Shown piece after piece: positions 19,000-28,560 of a DNA stretch of 64,000 nucleotides. A model generated the notes under the pieces. It was not told the DNA's origin. It saw only the letters and a program-made list of their open reading frames with translations, and ran no database searches. Origin of the DNA: Thermoplasmatota archaeon (GTDB taxonomy: Archaea > Thermoplasmatota > E2 > DHVEG-1); NCBI GenBank assembly GCA_030619765.1, contig JAUXAU010000006.1, positions 766 through 64,765 of the forward strand, in the 5' to 3' direction. Positions within the stretch are counted from its first letter, which is position 1. The number at the start of each line of letters is the position of its first letter. A program made the position numbers and the translations under genes.

Positions 19000-19365
19000 C
19001 ACACTAGTTGAAGGTATAAAGAAATCCATTGTTATATGTAGAAGAATTGACCATAATCCCATAATCCATATAGGCTTTCTTTTTGTATTGATGAAAAATC
19101 TTAAGATTAAAAGACCGATAATAGCTACTGGAAAAAGTACGAGATGGGTTAAATTGTGATATGGTATAAGTGTCTCTCTCGGGAAGATATGGGCTGTATA
19201 ATATATACCTAAATAGAAATCAGGTATAATACTAAAAAATAGGCAGACAGCTGCAAGAAGCATTAGTTCCTTGGTTTTATCGTCGGTGAAGTAGTTTCTA
19301 TAGCAATATCTGCCGATAAGTAACATTGTATATCCAGCTATCAGATGAATTGAAAGTCCAGGCAT
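18991..19365 (-). CDS. Membrane-bound metal-dependent hydrolase-like protein
   Basis: H7, IIPD, HNLTH, LHITMD motifs on four TMs. Confidence 0.75.
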   Translation of the reverse strand: MPGLSIHLIAGYTMLLIGRYCYRNYFTDDKTKELMLLAAVCLFFSIIPDFYLGIYYTAHIFPRETLIPYHNLTHLVLFPVAIIGLLILRFFINTKRKPIWIMGLWSILLHITMDFFIPSTSVLI

Positions 19366-19466
19366 GGCATTAAATCCACATTTTTATAAGGCTTCTCTTT
19401 ATAAAATGTTCCCTTGTTACCTTATATTTCTTGGAAAAATGTAGTTTAAAATCATCCAATCTTCAC

Positions 19467-19832
19467 TTAAAATGGCTCTTTTAATTCCCCTGAGTCATCT
19501 TTTTTCTCAGTTATGATATTTTTTTTCTTAACTCTATCGTAAATAGGTTTTCCAATTATATATAACACAGCAAAAGCCATCAATCCAATCATACCTGCAC
19601 CAATAGGGAGTTCAATATATTTCCAGCTTATATCAAGTGGAGGATTTACACCACCATCTACTATTAATAAAGTGAATAAAGATAAGAAAAAAAATATCAC
19701 AAATCCAGCAATAAGTGTCTTACCACCACCACATCGTTTCTTTAATCCAACTTTTATAATAATTACGAAAACAAAGAATGCGATAGGGTAAATAAGTATA
19801 TCAAGTAATGCTATTAATGCATTATAATCCAT
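19467..19832 (-). CDS. Hypothetical 3-TM membrane protein
   Basis: GGTGA RBS; hydrophobic segments. Confidence 0.7.
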   Translation of the reverse strand: MDYNALIALLDILIYPIAFFVFVIIIKVGLKKRCGGGKTLIAGFVIFFFLSLFTLLIVDGGVNPPLDISWKYIELPIGAGMIGLMAFAVLYIIGKPIYDRVKKKNIITEKKDDSGELKEPF

Positions 19833-20104
19833 TTTGCTTCACCCTAAGTTTCAATCTATTAATACTCTCATTATATAAATATTCTTTTATCAATTTGTAA
19901 CATAGGTGTTAAGAGGTACGCATCGGTTGTTTTTTGGATAGAACACATTATTTTTCATCCAAATAATAAAACACATTTTTTATTTGATGCTATCTGCATA
20001 TTCATCTACATTATTACCTGCGAAAAAGACAATTAAACCTAAATCCAAATTTGTAAGGTGTTATTCCACTAATCTTTGTGGGGAACATGGGGGCTGATTG
20101 TTAA

Positions 20105-20347
20105 GTGCAGGATAAAAAATATGTGTCCATGATAAGACAAATAGATACAATATTGAGTAATACAGAGGAGGGAGTAATAAATAAAGAACATAAATTTGCA
20201 ACAAAAGAATTAGATAAATTAAATGAGAAATTTGATGATAAATTGAAATCACCATTGTTAATAGATTTAACAGATTATGATTATAAATTTGCCACCGCAA
20301 TAGAAATTTTTGGATTAATTGCAATAATCGGAGTGGCGCTCTTCTAA
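20105..20347 (+). CDS. Hypothetical protein or gene fragment with C-terminal TM
   Basis: Open frame with plausible composition, weak start. Confidence 0.35.
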   Translation: MQDKKYVSMIRQIDTILSNTEEGVINKEHKFATKELDKLNEKFDDKLKSPLLIDLTDYDYKFATAIEIFGLIAIIGVALF

Positions 20348-20515
20348 AAAATACTACTTTTTTAATCATAAAAAGAAGATTATTAAATCTCTAGTGACAA
20401 GCTAGGGTCTCGTTCATTTTTGATTTGAAATTATCAAAAGAAATCGGATAACATCTGTACAACATCTTTTAAATAGCATTTTGACAAACATAATTGATAG
20501 TGAGGTTTAAAAAAA

Positions 20516-21466
20516 ATGAGCGGATATCAAGATCGGTTAAAAAAGCATTCAAAAAATCATCCCCTAGAGAAAAATACCATTGCTGTGATCCCTTGTTATA
20601 ATGAGGAGGCTACAATAGGTAGTATCGTATTAAAGTCTAAACGTCATGTGAACGAAGTTTTGGTTGTTGATGATGGAAGTAGTGATGATACAGCAAAAAT
20701 AGCTAAAGAGGCAGGAGCACTTGTTGTTTCGCATAAGAAGAACAAAGGGAAGAGTGTAGGTATAAAAACGGGCTTCAAATATGCATTGGCTAACGGCTTT
20801 GATTATGTAGTTACCATTGATGGCGATGGCCAGCATAACCCAGCTGAGATACCAAACGTTCTAGGGAATATAATGAACAATGGTTATGATATCTCAATAG
20901 GTTTTAGACATGGGACAAGTACGGAGATGCCTAAATGGCGTAGAGTAGGTAAAAGAATATTAGATTATACTACTGGTTTTGGTAACGGTGGATTTGTAAC
21001 TGATAGCCAGTGTGGCTTTCGTGCTTTTAACAAAAAAGCAATAAAAGGTCTTACCCCAAGACTAAATGGAGGCGCTTTTAGTGTTGAAAGTGAGCAACTG
21101 ATTAAAGCACATGAACTAGGTTTAAATGTTGTTAATACACATATTTCATGTAAATATAAAAATTTGGATACCTCTACTAAGAATCCTACGTCACATGCTT
21201 TTTCTGTGCTTAGATATGTTATCTGGCTGGTTGCTGAGAGACGGCCATTACTATTTATTGGTGTCCCTGGTTTTATTCTTATTATACTTGGGCTTTTTTT
21301 TGGTATTCTAACATTACAGTATTACAATCAAACTCATGTTTTCCTAATTCCGTATTCTATTATGGTAAGTATTTTTTTAATCATTGGAGCTCTTGGGATG
21401 TTTATGGGTTTGATGTTAAACGTTATGCCTAACATACTCAAACGAGTAAGATTAGAGGATTTCTAG
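20516..21466 (+). CDS. GT2 glycosyltransferase (DPM1-like), copy 1
   Basis: IPCYNEE, VVDDGS, TIDGDGQH, DSQCGFRA; two C-terminal TMs. Confidence 0.93.
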   Translation: MSGYQDRLKKHSKNHPLEKNTIAVIPCYNEEATIGSIVLKSKRHVNEVLVVDDGSSDDTAKIAKEAGALVVSHKKNKGKSVGIKTGFKYALANGFDYVVTIDGDGQHNPAEIPNVLGNIMNNGYDISIGFRHGTSTEMPKWRRVGKRILDYTTGFGNGGFVTDSQCGFRAFNKKAIKGLTPRLNGGAFSVESEQLIKAHELGLNVVNTHISCKYKNLDTSTKNPTSHAFSVLRYVIWLVAERRPLLFIGVPGFILIILGLFFGILTLQYYNQTHVFLIPYSIMVSIFLIIGALGMFMGLMLNVMPNILKRVRLEDF

Positions 21467-21621
21467 GTAATAAAAAGTTTTAAACTCAGTTACCGATTGT
21501 TCTTGGAAACATTGTAAGATTACCTCCCAATCCTAGTATAAACATATATCTTAAATTGTTACTAAAAGTACCAAACTATTAGAAATGGCAGATTTTGATA
21601 AAATCTTTGTTTATTGTTTTT

Positions 21622-23196
21622 CTATTGATAAACAACCGAGAACTGTTTAACATCAGATAGATTTGTATTGCCTCTTGTATCATTCACCCAGACGTAATAG
21701 CTATAAATGCCTTCAACCAGGTAGCGTTTATTACTACTGTATGTGTAATTATATAAATAACCAGTTCTATTGTCAATAATTGAAAAATTCTGTGCAATAT
21801 CATCTGGATACGTGATATTCAAAAAGACCTCGCCTACTCCATCAGCATCGTATACCATGCAAGAAATGTTTACAAAACGTCCTTTATGAGCCAAGGTGGG
21901 AGACGCCCATATATCTAGGATTTTAGGGATGTCAGCAATATAGAAGTGATCTGTGTATTTACTAAGGTTATTGGTGGTATCATAGGCCCATATGTGATAT
22001 TCGTACCTTCCAGCAACTGTAAAGGTTTTATTGCAATAATATAGATAGCCCGTTTTATTTTTAGTAATATTAATTATTTCCAAATGGTTATCTGGATCAC
22101 GTATTCTCAAGGAGACCTCGCCTACTCCATCGGCATCAAATACCTTGCAAGAGATGTTTACAAAACCACCCTGAAGCGTTGAAGAGGGAATAATCGATAC
22201 ATCATATAATTTAGGAAGATTAGATACATATAGCCATAAGTTAGTTGCTCTATATGAGCCGTTGATTTTTTGATCTGTAATATTTTTATAATTCTCTTCA
22301 AAAGAATAATTTTCTGTAGGTGTAGTAAACAATAAAAATAATAGTTTGAAGTCTCCTTTTCTAGTTATGTTAAAGGTGAAGTTGTGCTCCCACTGTGGTT
22401 CCCATAATTTATCTATATTTGCTGGTGTATGATCTAGTACAGCGTTCATTTTTGCCATGTACCATAAATGATTGTATGCTATTTCGTCTTCAAATGTTGT
22501 CTCATTATAGACAATAGATAGGTCTAAAAGCCATATTTCAATAGTATAATTGATAGTTTTATGTTCGTGGTTTGCAATTCCTATAATTACACTAGTGTTT
22601 TCTCCAATCACTAGATCTCTTTGGTAACCTTCAGCTGTGCTATCTGGGCTTAGGATGTAGAATTCGGTGAATGTTTCCTCTGTTCTTGGAGTGAGTATTA
22701 CGTATGTTAATGAGACGGGAGCAATTATAATGGACGCTACGAGAAGTATGGTGAGAACTGTATCAAGGTTTTTTCCAAGTTTTGGAGGATAGATATTTAG
22801 CGTTGTGATAACTCTTTCTTGGGGAGGAGTAAGATGCCATCTATAAAGGGCTATCACTCCAAAACCGATGATAAACACAAGTAGTGAGATAAGAATGGGT
22901 TCAAGTTGGAGACCCTCTGGTGTGTAGTTTAGACCAAGGCCGATGATAGGAACAATTGCCAGGGAAAGAGCAAAGCTAAGTGCTAATCGTTCAATATTGT
23001 CTATGGTAGTTTTTGTTTTTCTAAATGGGAAAAGGACAAAACTCAGCAGGTATCCAGGTATGAATAACAGAAAAGGCAAACCTAGAATGATTCGTATGGC
23101 TCCCTGTATATCTGTTAAGGCCATAGGTAATAAAATTAGACTCCACATTAGACAAATGAAGATATCTACTATGGGCCTATTTAAAACGATTTTCAT
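21622..23196 (-). CDS. DUF1616 membrane protein with two C-terminal Ig-like repeats
   Basis: LFIPGY..LFP, ERLALSFALSLA, FTEFYIL, IANHE; duplicated FVNISC..DADGVGEV module. Confidence 0.85.
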   Translation of the reverse strand: MKIVLNRPIVDIFICLMWSLILLPMALTDIQGAIRIILGLPFLLFIPGYLLSFVLFPFRKTKTTIDNIERLALSFALSLAIVPIIGLGLNYTPEGLQLEPILISLLVFIIGFGVIALYRWHLTPPQERVITTLNIYPPKLGKNLDTVLTILLVASIIIAPVSLTYVILTPRTEETFTEFYILSPDSTAEGYQRDLVIGENTSVIIGIANHEHKTINYTIEIWLLDLSIVYNETTFEDEIAYNHLWYMAKMNAVLDHTPANIDKLWEPQWEHNFTFNITRKGDFKLLFLLFTTPTENYSFEENYKNITDQKINGSYRATNLWLYVSNLPKLYDVSIIPSSTLQGGFVNISCKVFDADGVGEVSLRIRDPDNHLEIINITKNKTGYLYYCNKTFTVAGRYEYHIWAYDTTNNLSKYTDHFYIADIPKILDIWASPTLAHKGRFVNISCMVYDADGVGEVFLNITYPDDIAQNFSIIDNRTGYLYNYTYSSNKRYLVEGIYSYYVWVNDTRGNTNLSDVKQFSVVYQ

Positions 23197-23211
23197 GTTT
23201 TCACCAGAGTT

Positions 23212-23775
23212 TTATTTAGACACGAGGCTGATTATCTCATTTATTGCTATTCCAACAAACACGACTATGAATCCACCCGTGATAATGTTTATCTTTTTTT
23301 TTAAATGATTGGGAATAAACTCGTCTGCTACTTCTCTCACTACTATTATTCCAATATATACCGAAACATACAACAACTCAAAGTATACATTACCTCCTTT
23401 TGCTGCTATGAAGAATAAAGATGTTATTGTTACGGTTATGAAGAATGAAAATAGTATCCATATGATTTTTATTAGTGTTATTTTCTCTGAGAACTGAAAC
23501 ATTGTTTTTTCTACTAGGGTTTCATAAGCTAATATTTGGTTTTTTTCAGATGAAAGATTTTCATCCTTTGATTTACTTTTTGTTGATGGTAAAAATTTTT
23601 TAGGTTTCCTCAAATCAAAATCAATCATGCCTTTTTTTCCACAATTAGGACATTCGACTTTTATTTTTTGGCCTAGTTCACCCTCGTAAGTAATCATTGT
23701 ATGGCACCCGGGACATCTAAAAACATTTACCTCTTTTTTTCTTTTATTTCCTTTTCCGATTGTTGAATCCTCCAT
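23212..23775 (-). CDS. Zinc-ribbon membrane protein
   Basis: CPGC...CPNC followed by three TMs. Confidence 0.75.
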   Translation of the reverse strand: MEDSTIGKGNKRKKEVNVFRCPGCHTMITYEGELGQKIKVECPNCGKKGMIDFDLRKPKKFLPSTKSKSKDENLSSEKNQILAYETLVEKTMFQFSEKITLIKIIWILFSFFITVTITSLFFIAAKGGNVYFELLYVSVYIGIIVVREVADEFIPNHLKKKINIITGGFIVVFVGIAINEIISLVSK

Positions 23776-24068
23776 TCATAAAGATAATTTGTCAAGAGAA
23801 TTTAAACCATTTGCTCATTATTGATAAATGATGTATATTTATCATTGGAGATTCTTGGTGATTGAAAGATTTGGGAAGCGGCAGGATTTCGAGTGTATCT
23901 GCATATGTATGTAATTATTCACTTGCAAATAAAATATAAATGTTTCGTTAAGATTTTAAAAATGCTTTGTTCATGCCAAATGTTTAAATATTGGTAATAA
24001 TATATTGGGTCAATCCAATAATAAAACAGGGTACAGCAAAAGAATATATGTACCCGGGGAGGCATAAA

Positions 24069-24983
24069 ATGAAGGAAGAAGCAGGTAATATTACTCTTGC
24101 TGTGGTCCCTTGTTATAATGAGGAGGCTACAATAGGTAGTGTCGTATTAAAGGCTAAACGTCATGTGAACGAAGTTTTGGTTGTTGATGATGGAAGCACA
24201 GATGATACAGCAAAAATAGCTAAAGAGGCAGGGGCAACTGTTATTTCTCATAAAAGAAACGGAGGGAAAAGTCCAGCTATTAAAACTGGTTTCAAATATG
24301 CATTGGCTAACGGTTTTGATTATGTGGTTACCATAGATGGCGATGGTCAGCATAATCCATCTGAGATACCAACTGTTCTAGGGAATATAATGAATAATGG
24401 TTATGATATTTCAATAGGTTTTAGATCAGGTAAAAGTACGGAGATGCCTAAATGGCGTAGAGTAGGTAAAAGAATACTAGATTATACTACTGGTTTTGGT
24501 AATGGTGGATTTGTAACTGATAGCCAGTGTGGTTTCCGTGCTTTTAACAAAAAAGCAGTGAAATGCATTACCCCAAGATTAAATGGAGATGCATTTAGTG
24601 CTGAAAGTGAGCAACTGATTAAGGCACATGAACTAGGTTTAAATGTTGTTAATACACATATTTCATGTAGATATAAAAATTTGAAAACCTCCACTAAAAA
24701 TCCTGCGTCACATGCTTTTTCTGTACTGAGATATGTTGTCTGGCTGGTTGCTGAGAAACGTCCTTTACTATTTATTGGTGTCCCTGGTTTTATTCTTATT
24801 ATACTTGGGCTTTTTTTTGGTATTCTAACATTACAGTATTATAATCAAACTCATGTTTTCCTAATTCCTTATGCCATCATGGTAAGTATTTTTTTGATTA
24901 TTGGTGCTCTAGGAATGTTTATGGGACTGGTATTGAATACCCTCCCTCGCATACTTAAACGATCCGTAGAAGAACATAGTTAA
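24069..24983 (+). CDS. GT2 glycosyltransferase (DPM1-like), copy 2
   Basis: Near-identical to 20516; start taken at ATG 24069 after GGGGAGG. Confidence 0.93.
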   Translation: MKEEAGNITLAVVPCYNEEATIGSVVLKAKRHVNEVLVVDDGSTDDTAKIAKEAGATVISHKRNGGKSPAIKTGFKYALANGFDYVVTIDGDGQHNPSEIPTVLGNIMNNGYDISIGFRSGKSTEMPKWRRVGKRILDYTTGFGNGGFVTDSQCGFRAFNKKAVKCITPRLNGDAFSAESEQLIKAHELGLNVVNTHISCRYKNLKTSTKNPASHAFSVLRYVVWLVAEKRPLLFIGVPGFILIILGLFFGILTLQYYNQTHVFLIPYAIMVSIFLIIGALGMFMGLVLNTLPRILKRSVEEHS

Positions 24984-24984
24984 C

Positions 24985-25284
24985 ATGTTAGAAATTAAAG
25001 TACATCAGATAAAAGGGTTTTGTCCGGTTTATAAAAAAGGCGAGAAAATCACGGTTGATGATCCTGAAATCGTATTGGATAAGACAGATGCATTATGCAC
25101 ACATGCTTTATCTACAATATTACATTACACCACAGTTTTGGAACATAATTGGTGTCCAGTGAAACTTGGTCTTACCACCAAGGAAGATAAAGATTGTGCG
25201 TATTTGCAATGTGTTGATCCTGGAAAACCATATACTGATGGTGGTTCTGTTGTTTTCAAGTGCAAAAAGGTAAACAAGGATTAA
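24985..25284 (+). CDS. TIGR04076-like Cys-containing protein
   Basis: IKGFCPVYKKGEKI..LCTHAL..QCVDPG..GGSVVF. Confidence 0.75.
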   Translation: MLEIKVHQIKGFCPVYKKGEKITVDDPEIVLDKTDALCTHALSTILHYTTVLEHNWCPVKLGLTTKEDKDCAYLQCVDPGKPYTDGGSVVFKCKKVNKD

Positions 25285-25523
25285 CATGAAACTTTTAGGT
25301 ATTTTTCTAGACATAATTTATCTTAATGTTGAGCCTGGTTCCTATTCAAGGCAATCCAGAAAGATACTTACGAGGAGAAAAAGACTGATGATTAAAGAGA
25401 ATTTAGGTACCGATTTGGCTGACAGTAATGCTAGTACTGTTCTTCAAGAAAAAAAATCACAAACTTTTAATATCCCTACATTATCTAATAAAAAAAGATG
25501 GCAGAGGAGGATGGGAAACACTT

Positions 25524-25883
25524 ATGGCAAAATGTTCTCATAGGGACTGCGGTAGGGAAAGGCGAGTATGGTTACCTGCAAGCGATTATTCTGGAACAGA
25601 TATAAAATTGCATCCATGGTGTGTCCATTGCGGAGTTGTAAAAAATATTTCAGATGACAATGCTCATAAACTAGGTTATTGGATGAACATTCTTTCCAAA
25701 ATAGCTAATCGGTTTTCTATCAAGCAAATTCAGAAACGTCTTATAGCAAAAGAACTTGCCTCACATGAGTGGTTTGATGATACTTATGGTATAACTGGTT
25801 TTCCACAAAAAGAACTGTTTAAAAAAATTGTGAAAAAATATTGCAATATTAACGCACATAGTATTGATTCCTTTATCTATTAA
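25524..25883 (+). CDS. Hypothetical Cys/His-rich (Zn-binding?) protein
   Basis: MAKCSHRDC..HPWCVHCGVVKN; GGAGG upstream. Confidence 0.7.
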   Translation: MAKCSHRDCGRERRVWLPASDYSGTDIKLHPWCVHCGVVKNISDDNAHKLGYWMNILSKIANRFSIKQIQKRLIAKELASHEWFDDTYGITGFPQKELFKKIVKKYCNINAHSIDSFIY

Positions 25884-26033
25884 GCTGAATTGACGATCAT
25901 TTGTTGATTGGATGATAGGAGGTTTTTTGATGTCTTAATTTGAGGAAGAGCAAAACCCTTATTATTCATTTACCATATATAATAGTAACAATATGAAAAA
26001 ATTAAAACAAATTTATCTTAGGAAATTAAAAAA

Positions 26034-27236
26034 ATGAAAAAAGAAATAAATAATAGACCTTTAATTCTTTTGATTTCTCCTCATTCTAAAGTTAAGTTAT
26101 CAGGATCTGTAAGCTATGGTTTTGAAAGAAGAATTTCCTATCTGGGGAGAATTGTCTCAGAGAGATATAATACAATAATAGTTGAACCAGATAATGGGTT
26201 TTCAAATCAAAAAGAACAAGAACAAAAAATTACTTTCAATAGTTTTTCATCTATTAAAGTTAGGAATTTGAGATTAGGATCATTATTTTTAGATATAAAT
26301 CCGTTTTACATTTTCAAATTAGTAAATATCCTAAAAAAGTATATTCCATCAGTAGTAATCATATCGTTTCCATTTGGAATTCCAATATCATATATAATTA
26401 TTAAGAATATTTTAAAATTAAATTCTATTTTAGTTTATAATTCACATAATGTAGAAACAGAGTACTCAAAAATTATTGCAAAAGATGAAAATTTGCCGTG
26501 GATTGCAAAATTATTTTATTGTAAATATATTTCTATTATTGAAAGATTGGCAGTATTATATTCTGACTATGTAATAGCGGTGAGTAAAGAAAATAAAAAT
26601 TGTTTTTGTAACAAATATTCTTGCAATAAAGAAAAAATTGTTGTCATAAACTTAGGAGCTAATATTCCAAAAGTTATTCCAAAGTCTACAATGCAATATA
26701 AAAAACATAAAGATGAAATATTAGCAGTATTTCATGGAACCTATAATGCTACACATAATAGGAATGCAATAAATATAATTCATTCATATCTGGCTGAAAA
26801 GCTAAAAGAAAAGAAAAGCTTGAAATTCATAGTTGCAGGAAATGGCGTTCCTATAATTGAAAAAGATAACTTTATTTCAGTAGGTTTCGTGAAAAATTTG
26901 TATGACTTTTTATCTTCATGTGATATTGCCGTTGTACCATTAGAAGAAGGGGAAGGAACAAAATTGAAACTTTTTGATTATATGGCAGTTGGTCTTCCAA
27001 TAATTACTACCAAAAAAGGGGCTGAAGGGATGGGATTAATAAATGGTGAAAACGCTATAATAACGGATCATGTAAATGAAGATTTTGTTAAGGCGATAGA
27101 AATTCTTGTCAATAAACCTCAGATGAGAAAAGAGCTTAGTCTAAATGTGAAGAAATTGATAGAAAAAGAATATCATCCAACAATAATTAAGAAGAAGATA
27201 TATACATTCTTGGACAAAATTATTTCCAAAACTTGA
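26034..27236 (+). CDS. GT4 glycosyltransferase
   Basis: SHNVE; GTKLKLFDYMAVGLPII. Confidence 0.9.
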   Translation: MKKEINNRPLILLISPHSKVKLSGSVSYGFERRISYLGRIVSERYNTIIVEPDNGFSNQKEQEQKITFNSFSSIKVRNLRLGSLFLDINPFYIFKLVNILKKYIPSVVIISFPFGIPISYIIIKNILKLNSILVYNSHNVETEYSKIIAKDENLPWIAKLFYCKYISIIERLAVLYSDYVIAVSKENKNCFCNKYSCNKEKIVVINLGANIPKVIPKSTMQYKKHKDEILAVFHGTYNATHNRNAINIIHSYLAEKLKEKKSLKFIVAGNGVPIIEKDNFISVGFVKNLYDFLSSCDIAVVPLEEGEGTKLKLFDYMAVGLPIITTKKGAEGMGLINGENAIITDHVNEDFVKAIEILVNKPQMRKELSLNVKKLIEKEYHPTIIKKKIYTFLDKIISKT

Positions 27237-27300
27237 ATATAGTTAGTAAACAATTTCAAAAATTAAGATAAAATAAAAAGTATTTACGTCGAGTGATACT

Positions 27301-28560
27301 ATGAAAATTTGTATATTTGGATTAGGACGGATAGGGCTTCCAATTACGTTGGTTTGTGCAGATAGTGGTTACAATGTTGTCGGAGTGGATATTAATGAGA
27401 GATTGGTTAATAGTCTCAATGAAGGGAGAACGATCTTTAATGAGCCAGGTTTGAAAGAGTTGCTTACAAAGCATTTGAATAAGAATTTTTTCCCAAAACA
27501 TCAGGATGAAGATGTAGCATCAGATTTGAAGCAAGCAGAATATATTATACTTGCTGTTGGGACAGGTTTTGCGAAATACCCTGATAAACCGAATCTTTCT
27601 ACCCTCTACTCAGTCATTGGTCAACTTATAGCAACTGGTTTACGTGGTAAAACGATTATTTTGAGGGTGACGCTTCCTATAGGAACATCTGATGGCGTTA
27701 AAGACTTCATTGAGAAAAAAACAGGGCTTAAAGAGGGAAAAGATTTCTGGTTTTCGTTTGTACCTGAGCGAATTATGGAAGGAAGAGCAATTATAGAAGA
27801 ACGTGCCCTTCCAAAAATCGTTGGCACATATAATGATGATGGATTTGAAAAAGTACGTTCTTTCTTTGAAAGGGTAGGTGGCGAGATTATTCGTGTTTCA
27901 AATCCGCAGACCGCTGAGTTTATTAAACTCATCGATAATTCTTGGCGAAACACACGATTTGCATTTGCGAATGAGCTTGCATTTCTTGCAGAGGAAAATG
28001 ATATTGATGTGATGGAGGCTATTAAATCAGCAAATCTAGGGTATAAACGTAATGAAATTCCCTGTCCTGGACCAGTGAGTGGATACTGTCTTGGGAAAGA
28101 CCCTTATCTTCTAGAATTATCATTTGAGAAAGTTGCTCGACGACGAGGATTTAATTCGATGTGGTACTACGGTAGAAGGGCCAACGACTGGCTTTTCGAA
28201 AAGGTTGTCGAGGAAATTAAAGGAAAAAAGGTTTTAGTTGCCGGTCTGTCTTTCAAGGATAACATTGATGATTATCGCTTTAGTCATGGAGTAGAAATCA
28301 TTCGGAGGCTGCTCAAAAAGGGATGTAGTGTGGTTGTGTATGATCCATTTCTTGATAATAATCTTTATACGAAATTGCCTCGTGAAATTTCTGATAATGT
28401 TGTAGTTTCCCATTCCTTTGAAAAAGCACTTTCAGAGAATTTTGACACGATTATTGTCGCTACAAAACACAACGAGTTTAAAGAGGAGAGTGTAAAGAAG
28501 CTTATCAAAGAGTTACCTGATTCCGTTGAAATCATTGATTTATGGCATCTTTATTGCTAG
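27301..28560 (+). CDS. Nucleotide-sugar (UDP-HexNAc) dehydrogenase, WecC-like
   Basis: GLGRIG Rossmann motif; PER; KLIDNSWR; PGPVSGYCLGKDP; FKDNIDDYR. Confidence 0.9.
   Translation: MKICIFGLGRIGLPITLVCADSGYNVVGVDINERLVNSLNEGRTIFNEPGLKELLTKHLNKNFFPKHQDEDVASDLKQAEYIILAVGTGFAKYPDKPNLSTLYSVIGQLIATGLRGKTIILRVTLPIGTSDGVKDFIEKKTGLKEGKDFWFSFVPERIMEGRAIIEERALPKIVGTYNDDGFEKVRSFFERVGGEIIRVSNPQTAEFIKLIDNSWRNTRFAFANELAFLAEENDIDVMEAIKSANLGYKRNEIPCPGPVSGYCLGKDPYLLELSFEKVARRRGFNSMWYYGRRANDWLFEKVVEEIKGKKVLVAGLSFKDNIDDYRFSHGVEIIRRLLKKGCSVVVYDPFLDNNLYTKLPREISDNVVVSHSFEKALSENFDTIIVATKHNEFKEESVKKLIKELPDSVEIIDLWHLYC

Noticed and set aside
25286..25543. 85-aa ORF between the TIGR04076-like and Cys-rich genes
   Set aside because: No recognisable motif and it overlaps the next gene's start; cannot support it, though not excluded
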